Origin: Blasia pusilla
Lineage: Eukaryota
NCBI GenBank assembly: GCA_050084515.1
Contig: CM114271.1
Coordinates: 40,424,001 to 40,488,000, forward strand
Reading direction: 5' to 3'
Length of the DNA stretch: 64,000 nt
Positions 24,733-36,806 of this stretch are shown here, piece after piece. The notes below the pieces were generated by a model. That model searched no databases. It saw only the letters and a list, made by a program, of their open reading frames with translations, and was not told the DNA's origin. Each line of letters begins with the position of its first letter. Within the stretch, counting starts at the first letter, position 1. The translations under genes and the position numbers were made by a program.

Positions 24733-25843
24733 GATGACAAACCCTATCTCACCCGCTCAAGCACTCAGACTCACCAAGAGTCTCCCACACGCCTCACTAG
24801 CTCACCTATGCTAACATCAATCCCATGATGACATACCCGGCCTCACGCACGCTCAACACTCGGGCTCACCATGAGCCTCCCAACTGACTCACCTAACCTA
24901 GCGACACTCTCTTGGGTCATACACGCGACCCCTACTTGGAAACCGCCCTATATCCAACAACATGCTACACATGAAAAGAATCTACAATCGTCACCATCAC
25001 TGCACCCACCTAGCACCAGCTACTACCCAATACCTAGCACTCTCAATCACACACGACAAGTGCGGGAAAAGGGACTCGAATGGGTAACCTGATCACGCCC
25101 TCCAACCTGCTACACCGTCAACATGCACTCCTCCACATGATATGACAATCTCCGCAACACAACACTCTCCTCGACCAACACGTCAATCCTCCCGTCAACA
25201 GATGCGGACAACCCGTCAGCATCATGCACACTGCCCCTCCATCGTCAACTCTCACAACGCCTTGTCGTGCCCAAAAACATCATGTCGCGCAAACCTCTCT
25301 ATCTATCCCCACGCGCGGCATGTAACGTGACTCACCCTGGTCAACTCCCAATCATGTCCGGCAAATCTCAACTCACGTTCGCCGGATTGACCTCGTCCGT
25401 CCTATCAACCACGGCCGCTCCAATCCTACCACGTTGGGGGGGCGGGGGGGGGGAGCCATCCGGCCCGTGGCCTCCCTGCGTGCCTACGGAAGGAGAGAGG
25501 AGAGAGGGGGGCGCGCGCTCCCATGCACGCCTCCCACCTCAAGGGGAGAGGGGGGCGCGCAATCGCCCCCCATCGCCAGTCCGCCGTCGCCCGTCAGCTC
25601 TCTTTTCTTCTCTCTCTCGACACCCTCACTCGTGTACACCCGACGCTCCACCACAACTACACTCGACTGCTGTTACGCGTCAATCCGTACTAGCAAAATC
25701 TGAGAAAAATGGCCAACGCTTCCGCCCACGGCCTTCCGAACAGAAAAATGAAAAACACCCACAACACACGCGTCTCCTGGGGCTCCCGACCAAGGCAACT
25801 CACTTGCCTACCCGCAAACAACGAATTCCCACCAACCCTCTGA

Positions 25844-25854
25844 CATCTTTCTCA
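25844..25854 (-). promoter_or_regulatory. Self-priming primer-binding site of element 1
   Basis: Sense TGAGAAAGATG directly after the LTR's CA is the exact complement of LTR positions 26022-26032, 25 nt downstream of the TATA (26057-26061). Confidence 0.85.
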
Positions 25855-26745
25855 TGTAAAAATAAAAAGTAGTAAAAACGGCACACCCGGCCTAAAACTC
25901 CACTCCTCAATCTACATCGGCATATCAAGCCTCATCCACCTTGTGCTATCAAGGAATCCGGACGCTAGCACCCTAGTCCTGGCTCACACACATACAAGGG
26001 AGGTGCTCCAACGGCCCAACATGAGAAAGATGGCTTAGGAAAACCATCTTCCTCTCTTATACTCGCGGGTCTCACTTCCACACAAATGCCCCATCACGTG
26101 CGAAAAAGTTAGGGGTTTTTTAATTGCGTCCCTCGGAAGACTTATTAAGTTTTGTGGAAGAACAATAGGGCATAATTTATTCCATCAAACTCTTATAAGA
26201 ACAATAGGGTATTTTTTATTAGTCTTCCTTCCATGGAAAATGTTAAGATAAGATAGGGTTTATACATGTCACATCTACATATATTAAATAATTTTTTTAC
26301 AAAAATTAGCTTCCCTAGCTAAAAAATCAAATTTATGGAAAAGCTTTAGAGGGAAGAAGGGAGTGCTTACTTTCAAGTTTCCCTCTCAATTTTAGTTGGG
26401 TTTGTTGGGTCTAGGGTTTTAGCCTTCGGAGACAAGCTTTGAGCGGCAAATTGAGCCGCAACTTGAAGCCCCTTCCGAGCAGAGTGCACAACTTTCTCAG
26501 GGAGTGGTGGTGCAGCGTGACTTGAGTGGCGCAGCAGGAGATCGTGGCGTAGCGTGACTCGAGTGGTGCAGCAGGAGAGCGAAAGTGATCGGGAGTGGCC
26601 CGGCAGTTGGTATGCTACTTTTTTTCTTGCTTTCTTCTATCATGCCTCTATTCTTTTGAGTGCTTTCCTTTCCTTCGTATCTGATTACACAGCGTAGTTG
26701 AGGGCGGAGGATGGTAAGCTTTATGGCTCTAGATCAGAGATGCAT

Positions 26746-27100
26746 GATTTTGTAAGGAGAGAAGGGAAGAAGGGGAGCCTGATTTCGTAAGGCTGTTCGT
26801 AAGGCGAGAGGGCGTCAATTGGAAGGTGAGTGGTTTTTTTTTTGTCAGCCGAGGGTGGTGAATCCCAAAAACTTCAGGACTTTTTCCTCCTTCTTCTCTT
26901 CCATTTTGTTGCGTCGGAATATGAATGCGTCCAGCTTCTTCACTGGATAGACAATCTTTCGAGCTTCTCAGTCGCATATGCCTGATTTCCTAAGAAGAGG
27001 AGCCTGATTTTGTAAGGAGAGGAGCCTGATTTCGTAAGAAGGGGGCCTGATTTTGTAAGGTTGTTTGTAAGGCAAGAGGGCGTTGATTGGAAGGTGAGCG
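26746..27100. repeat. Local duplication plus ~22-bp tandem units (gagcctgatttYgtaagRRgRg)
   Basis: About four units at 26981-27060. The block 26777-26833 is repeated at ~27045-27102. Confidence 0.75.
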
Positions 27101-28911
27101 GATTTTGTTTTGGTTGTCGGCCGGGGGGTGGTGTGTAGAACGGGAGGAGCAGGACAGCAAGTAGGAGTGATCGGAGCGGAGGAGGCGGGGTGGTGGTGCA
27201 GGGATTTTGTGAGATCATTTATTATAAGAGGGGGCAGGATAGGTGTTGGGCACTTCACCTACACAACCAGGAAGTTTGTAAAATCAGAGGGGCCAATTCT
27301 CTCATCGACGGCATGAAGGAGCTTGGGGAAGCATGAATTTTGCCTTGGAAGGCCTCGGTCTCTGTTATTTGAGCGTTATTTGAACCCTAAAATTTTTGCA
27401 GACTCTTAAATTTGGCCTTAATCCTGAATTGAGTGATCGATCAAGATAGAGTCCCGTGTTGGTACTGACGATCGGTCTGCGGCACCTGTGTGTCGTTCCT
27501 GATCTTTGCGGACGTTTTTCAATTATGTCTAGTGTTTTTCCTCTCGTCTGCAAATAGGTCCCTTACGACCAACGATGTTCTGTTCAGAGCCGGTCACCAG
27601 AGCGGACTTTAGTTTGTTGGTATGGCCATTTAACTCTCTGTTGTTCAGTTTTTAACAACTTTTTCTGCACTAGTAACGGCGAGGGTTCTTGCCAAAATTT
27701 CTAAGATTGGTCGAGCTCCTGCAATGCGCCTTCATGAACTTGGTTTATCCTCGGATGCCTGATTTGATGTCTTCAAGGTTGAAGAGGTCCGATAGGTCCT
27801 GTCCCCATATGGCTAGGGGTTGGTGGGGAAAGCCGAATTACAATGGTATAACTAGCAACCATATGTTGTCCACACCTGAAGATCTTGGAGAGGGATGTTA
27901 CCTTTCCTGTTCTTGAATGTTCTCCAGAAGCGGGCTAAATCAATGTCCCTGCAAACTCTAGGATCTTATCGGTAATGCTCTTGAGCTTCTTCCTCCACAA
28001 AAAGTAGTTGTATGTGCTCCGCATCTAGGGAGTGAGTAGATTTTGGTTCTGTTCTCATGGACTGGTTGAGTGTCCTACACGTCCACTTGCTCTCCTTCTT
28101 GAACCAAGGCTTTAAGAAGAATGTGCAGGTTGGAGCAGTTTTCTTGTCTCCACGTATCTGGAAAGGGAAGACTTTTTTGCAACAGTTATTTTTAACATCA
28201 ATCATCTGTGTAGTGGTCATCGTTGATGGTCAGTCCTTGAGTGCGTCAGTAATCAATACGTTGAGCTCCTCTGTTTTCCGTCGAGAACGTGTGGGGGCAT
28301 TTCGTTCTTCTCCTTCTTTCCCACTCAGGCGGGGAGTGATGTTGGTAAGGGTTATGTAAAAGTAGATTGGTTCATGATCTGATTCAAGGACTGGTGTCAT
28401 TGTAACCGTGGACACCAGGGTTGTGAGTCGTGGTGCTTCACCAATCTAGTTATCTCTGTTGGCTTCTAAATGTACACTAGATGTTCTTCCACCTGAGCCT
28501 AATCGAGAGAGTCTCCATTGCTGATAGCCAAAGAATGAGTTGAGCCTAATTCCAGCTATTTTTCTCCATATCCAACTTTCTGTGTCTTCCAATGTGCATT
28601 GGAGTTGCAGGTGAAGTTCCTTCAGAGACGAATTTTAGGGATGATGTTGTTTAGCATGTGCCTCCATATTCCTGGTTGGCATATAGATTGGAGCTTGGTT
28701 GCTGCCCGTTCTTCTCTTGACATCACCTATAATGAGGATGTCCCCGTTGTTGGTGGTTCTGTCAATAGAACCCGAGTGAGCCTCATAGGGGAAGTTCCCT
28801 AGGAGTGCATTGGGCCTCAACTATCAAACTGCTGTGCAAATATTGTTCAGAATTCCCACCTGCTTAGCTATCTTGATCCAGAAGAAGTGGTTTTCTTCAT
28901 CAATCTACCCC

Positions 28912-28962
28912 ATAGAGACTGTACTCATTAAGTAGTGCTTGTCGTAGCCTTGCGACCATAGC
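28912..28962 (-). mobile_element. Short 3' end of the same (CT)n-tailed retroposon as 3431-4018
   Basis: Reverse complement of ctatggtcgcaaggctacgacaagcactacttaatgagtacagtctct. Confidence 0.75.
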
Positions 28963-29758
28963 CTTGGTTGAATGTCTCTACTTTCAGCTTTGAGGCAAGC
29001 GTTAGGACCTGTCGGAGATCCTCTCGTGTAGTTTCCGCTTATTCCTGAGCGTTAAGAAGCTCTTCCGTTTTGCTGAGAGACTCCGATGCCTCTCCATCTC
29101 AAGCCGAGGATGATAGTTCTCGTGAGAAGCACAAAAGCTTTGTGTCCAATTCTAATTTCAAAATGGACAAGATCCCCTCCTACTGTCAAAGGAACCCGTC
29201 TCTGGCTGAGCAGGTGAGGTTGTTGAATATAGAGATCTCCAAGGATAAATCCACTGAGGATCATACTATGGGCTCAGTGCGAGAAGACTCTGAGGTATGT
29301 TGTGGACAGATGGGTAGCCCCTAGGTCCAAGTTGAACCCGTCTTGGGAAGTCTTGCGGAAGCAAAAGAATGCGGATCAAACTGAGGAAGCTGCGAGGGAG
29401 GCACTGGAAGGATACGGAGAATCTCTAAGCCGCAAGGATATATGTGTCGTCATTACTTCTCTCAAGTGGAGAAAGGCCTTGAATGCTGTGAGCGGAAGCG
29501 AAAATCTGAATCCAAAAAGCTGTGAGAGGAAGCAAAAATCTAACTCCAGAAAGTTGAGAGGGGAAGCAAAATGTAACTCTAAATGATGTAAGAGGAAGCA
29601 AGAATCTCACCACGAACACTATGTAGCAGTTTTGGTTCTTTCGTGGAGCTCCTGTGCGAGCAAGAAACGGAGCTAGACGATCTTCTAGAGGTGGAAGAAT
29701 TTAGATCCGCGCTAGCAACAACCCATACACATTGTGTTGGTGGCGTGTAGCGATGGAT

Positions 29759-29761
<3 letters not shown>

Positions 29762-29848
<87 letters not shown>

Positions 29849-29878
29849 ACTCATTGAATAGTGCCTGTCGTAGCCTTG
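29762..29878 (-). repeat. (AG)n microsatellite (~40 units), the expanded tail of another copy of the retroposon end
   Basis: Perfect GA run adjoining the reverse complement of caaggctacgacaggcactattcaatgagttaagt. Confidence 0.85.
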
Positions 29879-30862
29879 AGAGAGAGGCTCCACGATGCAT
29901 TTAACGGGCCCGTCGAGCGAATTATCGGCCCCCACACGGTATCCGCATTCAAGGAAAAAGGAGTTCTTATACTTGATGAATTTGTATACAAAATGCCCAA
30001 CTTGGTCATGGTGAACTTTCTTCTCTCGTGCCCATATGTTCATGTCCGTGTCCATGCCGTGGGTGGCCGTTGAACTATTTGTATCCACATTTTCATTTCA
30101 CTTTACGATTGAAGGAAGCCAATCCGTCACGGACTAGGAGTTTCCCTTTCTTTGTCCGGCCCATGGCTGTACGCATTGAATTTTCTGGTTCTTTTGTGCA
30201 CTCAGCTGTGGGGGGATGAGGATTGTGTTGTTAGTCCCATCTCATATAAAGTCATTGGAGCTATAGGGGTTCCGCAACCTTTCACTTCAGGCTATCAGCA
30301 TCATGTCCCTTTTGTGAAGTAAGGGAAGACTTCTCGTCCACGTTGTACATCTAGAAATCCATGCCGCTTCTTGCAATTCTCTACTTTTCAGGTGGGATGA
30401 GAGTAGTACCCAATTGTTTCTTAGTGTGTACCTGCTCGCCAAAGTTGGTACCGTCCACTTGGAATCAATTTGTGTACCCGTTTCAGATACACTTTTCCAC
30501 GCCGGTCACAAGGGCACAGATTGATAATGTGGTCTTATGTAACTATCCAACCTGTCTTTGAGGTGTGTTCAACATGTGGGGATGTTGAGTTTATGTCTGT
30601 AGCCTATTTCTTCTCTCGAGCTAGCAGAAACAGTTATTCTATGGTTATTCTACATTGTGTGTTATCAGACCCTCATTTCAAAGCATTTGCAAAGTGAGCA
30701 TTGAACTACCCTAGGAAGGATTCTACTTCCTTTTCAGGCATAGTTTATTTTTTTGAGAGTTGGTATTTAGTTGAGTTCTAAGCAATTGACTTTTAAGTCT
30801 TTTAGTTTGTCTACAATTATGCATGCCTATATCTTCTATTTGGTTAAGTTATAACTTATTCC

Positions 30863-31552
30863 ATGTTTAAATGTCCAGTAGCCATAACGGCAAGGTACAA
30901 GGGGCAAGCCAAGAATAATCCACACTCTAGGAAGAAGATGAGCATGAGGTTGCCACAAATTCCCCTATTCTCAGATATTGAGTTGCGACAATGCAGTCCT
31001 CATTTGTGTGCTATTTGCGATTTGCATGGAGATCTAGTGATTTGTGATGGGCTTTGCCATCGACAATTTCACCATGTTCATAGAGTTGGCCAGACGGTGT
31101 CTCATTGCCCCGCTGTGGTCATTCCAAAGGACAAGGTGAACGACCCTTGGTATTGTCTAGAGTGTACCTCCGGGACATACAAATGTTTCAAGTGTGGTAG
31201 AATGGCTTCCATTCAAACTAATATGAGACAGTGCCCCCAACCTTTCTGTGTTTGTTTCTTCTGCCATGGATGCTTGCCACTTGATGTGCAATGTTGCCTT
31301 CTCCATACATGTGTGGCATGCAACATGCTGCATCGCAGTGAGCATCTAGCAAACGTCGTACAATGTTTGAGATGTCCGAAGACATGGCATTTGGTTTGCT
31401 TGGCAGCGAGCAAGGAGGAAGGTTTTGCACCTGGCATAGAATCTTGGCGTCATGTTGCACATAATGAGATCAGATGGATGATCTATTGCCCTGATCATCC
31501 AATTGTCCCCACACTAGGCACTGCAGATTATCAACATATCTCTTGGTTTTAA
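30863..31552 (+). CDS. EDM2/NSD-type tandem PHD-finger protein (229-aa open frame; true start uncertain)
   Basis: CAICDLHGDLVICDGLCHRQFH...WYCLEC...CFKC...C...LHTCVAC...CLRCPKTWHLVCL...W...IYCPDHPI..TLGT...H. The spacing resembles the plant EDM2 PHD region as I recall it. Confidence 0.75.
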   Translation: MFKCPVAITARYKGQAKNNPHSRKKMSMRLPQIPLFSDIELRQCSPHLCAICDLHGDLVICDGLCHRQFHHVHRVGQTVSHCPAVVIPKDKVNDPWYCLECTSGTYKCFKCGRMASIQTNMRQCPQPFCVCFFCHGCLPLDVQCCLLHTCVACNMLHRSEHLANVVQCLRCPKTWHLVCLAASKEEGFAPGIESWRHVAHNEIRWMIYCPDHPIVPTLGTADYQHISWF

Positions 31553-31904
31553 TTATTGAATACGATAGAGAAATTTTGTAGGTAAGCACAATGGGTCTAT
31601 AGTTTCATTACATATTTCAGGTGTAAGATTTTGCACAAATTACTTTGATGTTTTCAGGAGTTTTGTATCTTCAGACTCAAAACTATAACTCATGTTGAAT
31701 GGACATTTTGGTTAGGTTGTAATGAATTAAATGGATTAAGTCTTGAAGTTGGAATGAGGATAGTTATTTGATGTTATGTATGGCTATCAATTGTTGTAGA
31801 AGCATAACAAACTTTGATTTGTGACCTCTTTTGTTTGTTGTTGTGGTACATGACAGGTTGAACTACATATATGACAGTTTGAATGCCTTTGACACCTTGT
31901 ACAA

Positions 31905-34900
31905 ATGGCAAACCCTAGTTCCAACTCAATGAGACTAGTAGAAAAGACCGCGGAAGGGAAGGATGATGTACCAATTTGTGTGTTGTCCTTCAAAGAAGGA
32001 CAAACACTGGCTGACTTCCGCACTCGATGTGCTAGGGCAGTTGACTTTGAATTTGATTTTTGGGATGATAGGCTACCAGGTAGAGTTAGACATCCTATTG
32101 AGAACCTCATTGAGATTAGTGAACTTGAAGGGAGTGTTTTTGTGATTGCACAACAAGCCTCTGGATGTATTGGGGGGGTTGCAATTGTGTCCTCGCATTC
32201 ATCTGCTGCTACTGTGTCTATCATAGAGGACACAAATGTTGGGTCTCAATCACATACAGAAGCCACAACCCAAGAGCAAGTAGTCAATACATTGCCTGTC
32301 ACAGATTCATTTGAGTCAGTGCTTATGTCTGAGGTTGCAGCAAAGAGTTGGAATGAAGTGTGGGGCAAGCTTAAAGATTGGGTAAAGCGACAAGGATATG
32401 ATGAGCATAAGTGGAGAGTGCGAACGTGGGATGAGGGGAAAGATGTCCGAGGGCACCTAGAGTGCTTAGAGTGTCGGGAGACTTATGGGAATGCAGCTAA
32501 TTCCCAAGTTTTGAAATCAATTGCAAATTGCTTCAGCAATTTCAAGACTAAACATCTCAACAACCCTAAGCACAAGGACAATTTTTGTAAGAGACGGGAT
32601 CTGCCTAGTACATTGATTTCTCCTAGTGACATTATACAACAACTTCAATGGGATCATGAACATCAGATCACCGTAGGTTTAGGAATAGTTGAGAAAATGA
32701 ATGTAGAGGTTGGGGGTGAGACACTAGTGTTCTCTATGACGCCATCTGTTGCTGATACGCAGTTTGCACACAATTCATACCTGTTCAAGGTACGATGTAT
32801 AATCTGTGGCAAGTTGCACACAGACATGTGTCCAAGAAAGGCCAATTTGGAGCATAATCTACGACAAAACTTGGTTATTCGTGATCACTTGGATGCTCTT
32901 GATACTAGAGAGGTCACTGCCCAACTTGTCTTGAGGTCTGGGAAGAAGGGAAGACCAAAGAAGTCGGATCCTAGGGACTTATTTCCGTCTCAAAATTCCA
33001 TTACCAAATTCTTTAACCCTGATGCCTTCAAGGAAGGAAGCAGTTCAGGAAAAGGTGGGTTTGCTTCCTCCATTGATTTTGGACTAAGTTTGCTTTGTTG
33101 GGGCTTCTGGGAGTCAAACGTCCAATGGAGTGGAGAGTTGATGGATGTGAAGGCCATACTAGATGATCAGACAAGAGGAACTATTTAGGATTGTGAGCTT
33201 ACCACTTCAGCGCAAGTGTTCAACCAAAGTCGTAGGTCAATTGTATGTATACAAGGTTGTTTTAGGCACAAGCTTTGCTCTAGATTGTCAAGTAATGAGG
33301 GAGGGTTTGAGAACCTCACTTGTAGTCATTGTGACTCCATTAAGCGGGAGGATGATTTTCGTGGTCGGGTGCACAGGGAAGCGGAAGCTTTAGTGCATAG
33401 AGGAGGCATGACAACTCAAAGAGGGGTGGCCATGAAGTATTTGACCAAGACAGAGTTGAGGGAGCATGTGGGAAAATTGAACACTCAATTTAGGAGACAA
33501 CGTTGGATTTTGGCACAACAATCACAAAGAATTTGTGCCTTGAGTATTAGGCGAAAGAAGCTAGAAGACTTGTTAAGAGTAGCTTCAAATAGGAAAGATT
33601 TGAGACTATTTCTTAGGAACGTAGTAAATGGACATAGGGATGCGGCATTTGGTGGTAAGGAGGGGTTGTGGGATTTCCTGAAAGATGTGGCTAAGAATTT
33701 GCAGAGAGTGGCCAATGGTTATCGTTATAGTAAGAGAACCAAAGCTTTTTCCCAAGCCATGTTCCAATTTGGTGGCCGACAAGTTGCCCACTGCTTTCAA
33801 GAAAACTTGGGAGGGCCAGGTCTGAAGACCTTGAAACGTGACAGAGCAAAACTACCACCCTTTAGAGCTAGGCTACGAAAAGAGATATTTCAAGAGGTCT
33901 CCCGAGTACTATTTGCATAAAAAAAAACTACTTGGAATCGAGGGAGATGTGCCTGTAATGTTCGCTGAGGATGAAACAAGGATAAAAGAAAGGCCAAGGT
34001 GTGTTTGAATCTTTGGAGAAAGTTGGCCTTGATATATGTATGGGTATGCTCTAACATAATGATTATATTAATTTGCACATTTATATGTCATGTTTATTGT
34101 TTTCTATTAGGCTTATGTTCTAACTTGATATTTTTGTTGTGATAGATGGGAGGCTAAATATGACACGCTTATTGGTTTTTGTGGTCCCTCGGAAGAACAT
34201 ACATGCTCTTTTGGCTTGGAAGTACTTTTTGGGGAAGGTAATGAAAAGTATGATAAAATTGTGAGTACTTTTGAGAAATATGCGAAAGGTATGTATGCTA
34301 GAGTAGTAATTGTGAATCCTTTGCATGAGAAAATGCCAAAATTGGCGCTCTGTGCCACCGCAACTTGTAATCGATTCAAAGCAGATTGGGTGAGGGAACA
34401 TTGGGTGCAGCTGAAATCCATGTCGGATGAATATTGCAGAGCCAGTGTTGGTCCTTTATTGGGGCATGCAAGTGATGGTGATGCTCGTCGTAGGAAATTA
34501 ATGATGGAAGATTATACTGGTATGAATGGTTCTTTTCCAAGGTATCAAGTAGGGTGGGAAGGGTGGCAGTATTCTGTGTCCATTCTTCCAAATGGAGACT
34601 TGTATGGCTTTGGAGACCAAGATCCACCCCACAATGGGAAAAAGGCTATTAACCCATTGGACCGATGTGCTGCCATGCTAGTGCTTGGTAACCAACATGC
34701 ATCGTTGTCCTATGTGACGTCAATTTATAACCATTATAAAATTGAGGAGCATCGCTTGAACTGGGATGATGTGAATAGGACCCACAGACAGAACTGGGCT
34801 TGCCCACAACGGATAGCATCTAGGAGAGTCCAAGCCTGCCTACACCACATGTTTGAGCGGCAAGATGTTCGACATGATAGAAGTTTTGGGACAAAGTTGT

Positions 34901-36487
34901 ACCTTGAGATTTGTGCAGATTACATCGACATTTTCTTCTCTATGAAGCATGACTTGAGAACTCGTATAGTATTGGCATCTAAGGTATCTTGGTTTCTTCG
35001 TTTGTGGAGGCTATGGTTGAGGTACGGTGACCATTCTGTGACAGGGAATACATGATGTGTCACAGAAAAAAATATGATCTCTATTCAAGCTTTCTATGAT
35101 ATCAACATGTCTTGCCATTTCATTGTACTCTTAGTTTGTGTATTTCGAGACAAGTTTCCATATCTTCAAGTTCCATTTCACTTGCTAGGATCTGATTGTT
35201 GTGAGATTTTTTTCAGCAAGGTAGGTGGCATGAGTGGTCATGAAAGAAACTATGACTTTGGATCTCTACTAGATAGTACAGTAGGAGTGAATCGACTGGC
35301 TGGCCTAGAGTATGGACCAGAAGGATTAAAGATACGTTGTTCACATCATAAGCAAGATCATATTTGGGCAAAATGCATCCTCTTGGTGAAGGAGATCGGG
35401 TTCGAATCTATTTGATTATTCATTGGTTGGGACTAATGAGTTGGTTGTTGATGCTCTTAAAGAAGGGTTGGATGCAACAAAAGAGCTTTTGAGGTTGTTG
35501 AACATGTCTCCAAGGAGTTCCTTGCCAATTGCAAAGAGAAGGTGGTGGATGCATCCATGGGATGTGGAGGCCGAGACATGGCCTCATTCAGCTTCAATAA
35601 GGGAAGTAGTGTCATGTGATGATGTTGAAGAACATGAAGATAACCGATCCACAATAGTGTCTCCAATATATGAGCAACCAACTGGGGAGTCTTTAGAGTT
35701 TGAGGACCCTGAGGAAGATTTGAACCATATTGATTCTTGGGTTGTAGAAGAAAGTTGTGATATCAATGTACCTTTCATAATAGATAACGAAGAGATAGAT
35801 ATTGACATTGATCCGAAATCCATTGAAATGGAAGTATTAGGACATGAAGTAAGACATATATTTGCATTTGTTCAAGCAGAACTGACTAATGTGGCAATTC
35901 CCCATGCAATAGTGCCTACTGTAACTTATGAGGGCAAGATTATCTATAAATCCACCCTTGTAAGTCAATTGTCTTGCAATCCTTTCATGTCAAAGGATAG
36001 ACTAACTCGAATAGCCCAAAAGACTTATTACACTACTGGTAAGGGAAAGGAACGTGATCCTAATTGCCCAACTTGTTTGGTTGATGTTGGTAGTGATATT
36101 GCAGTTTTGTTTGAATCTACAGCAAATGTTGGCCCTTCCACAAGATCAACAAAGTCAAAGAAAAGGAAGGGAAATGAGACACAACTTGCAGTGGAGGCAG
36201 GAGTTGCAAAAAAAGAGTATTGGTTGGGGCGTATTGTGTTTATGATTCAAAAGAATGGTTCACATTGGTTAAGACGTCGTACGGCCTTGGACTTGTTAAA
36301 CACGCCTGTACCTCCTTCTGGACAAAAGGGAAGCATTTGTCGTATTATGTGTAATTGGTGCAAGTCTTTCGGCCATGGTAACACCAAAACCTTGTTCAGT
36401 TATGATGCAATAGATGTGCAATGGATTGATATTGAAATGGTGATCTCTAAATGTGAATTTGACAATGAAATCAGGGGTACAAGATAG
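31905..36487 (+). pseudogene. Large P-element-superfamily-like DDE transposase, one intron (33999-34145), several stops and frameshifts
   Basis: Coiled-coil, then YSKRTKAF..A....G..........LGGPGLKTL. First D in MFAEDET (~33958-33978), second D in HASDGD, DPPH..K (DxxH), and E in LGSDCCEIFFS. The spliced junction reads RIKERPR/WEAKYDTLIGFCG. Confidence 0.75.
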
Positions 36488-36806
36488 AATATACATACTT
36501 GATTCAGTTGACTTACATGCTTTGACTACATATATTCAGAGTGTGAGTTGATCTTGGTGAGTTTTTTTTATGTTTGACGTATGTTAAATTAAATATTTTT
36601 ATGGAGTGTGCTTAGAATGTACTTGACACTCTTGAATTGTGAGTAGGATAATGGGAGGGAGTAGGCTAGGGGGATGACAGATTGGCTGATTGAGCCTCTT
36701 GCTCAATTAGGGGTTCAATTCCCCTCTGTCATAGTGTAAGGATAATATGTTGGATGTTAACTTAATTTGGTGCTTTTCTTTTCTTTCAAGGTCTTATTTA
36801 TTTCTC

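Larger units (their letters stand above)
16695..26061 (-). mobile_element. Near-complete Ty3/Gypsy-like retroelement ('element 1'): A-PBS-gag-PR-DNMT-RT-RH-IN-PHD-PPT-B-A-B
   Basis: Domain ORFs listed below. A repeat at 25855-26061 (truncated) and 16833-17314. B repeat at 17317-17453 and 16695-16831. Confidence 0.93.

Noticed and set aside
16695-26061. DIRS/PAT/Ngaro tyrosine-recombinase element, suggested by split repeats plus a methyltransferase
   Set aside because: It encodes an aspartic protease, a Gypsy-type RT and a DDE integrase. No YR ORF is seen, and the MTase has C5 (PCQ/ENV) rather than adenine-type motifs.
27360-29760. Possible LINE or other coding remnants
   Set aside because: Only short ORFs with no motif I can identify.
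26062-36806. Terminal inverted repeats and TSD for the P-like element
   Set aside because: No matching inverted ends were found at either boundary, and the loss of ~210 bp of the host LTR suggests one end was deleted.
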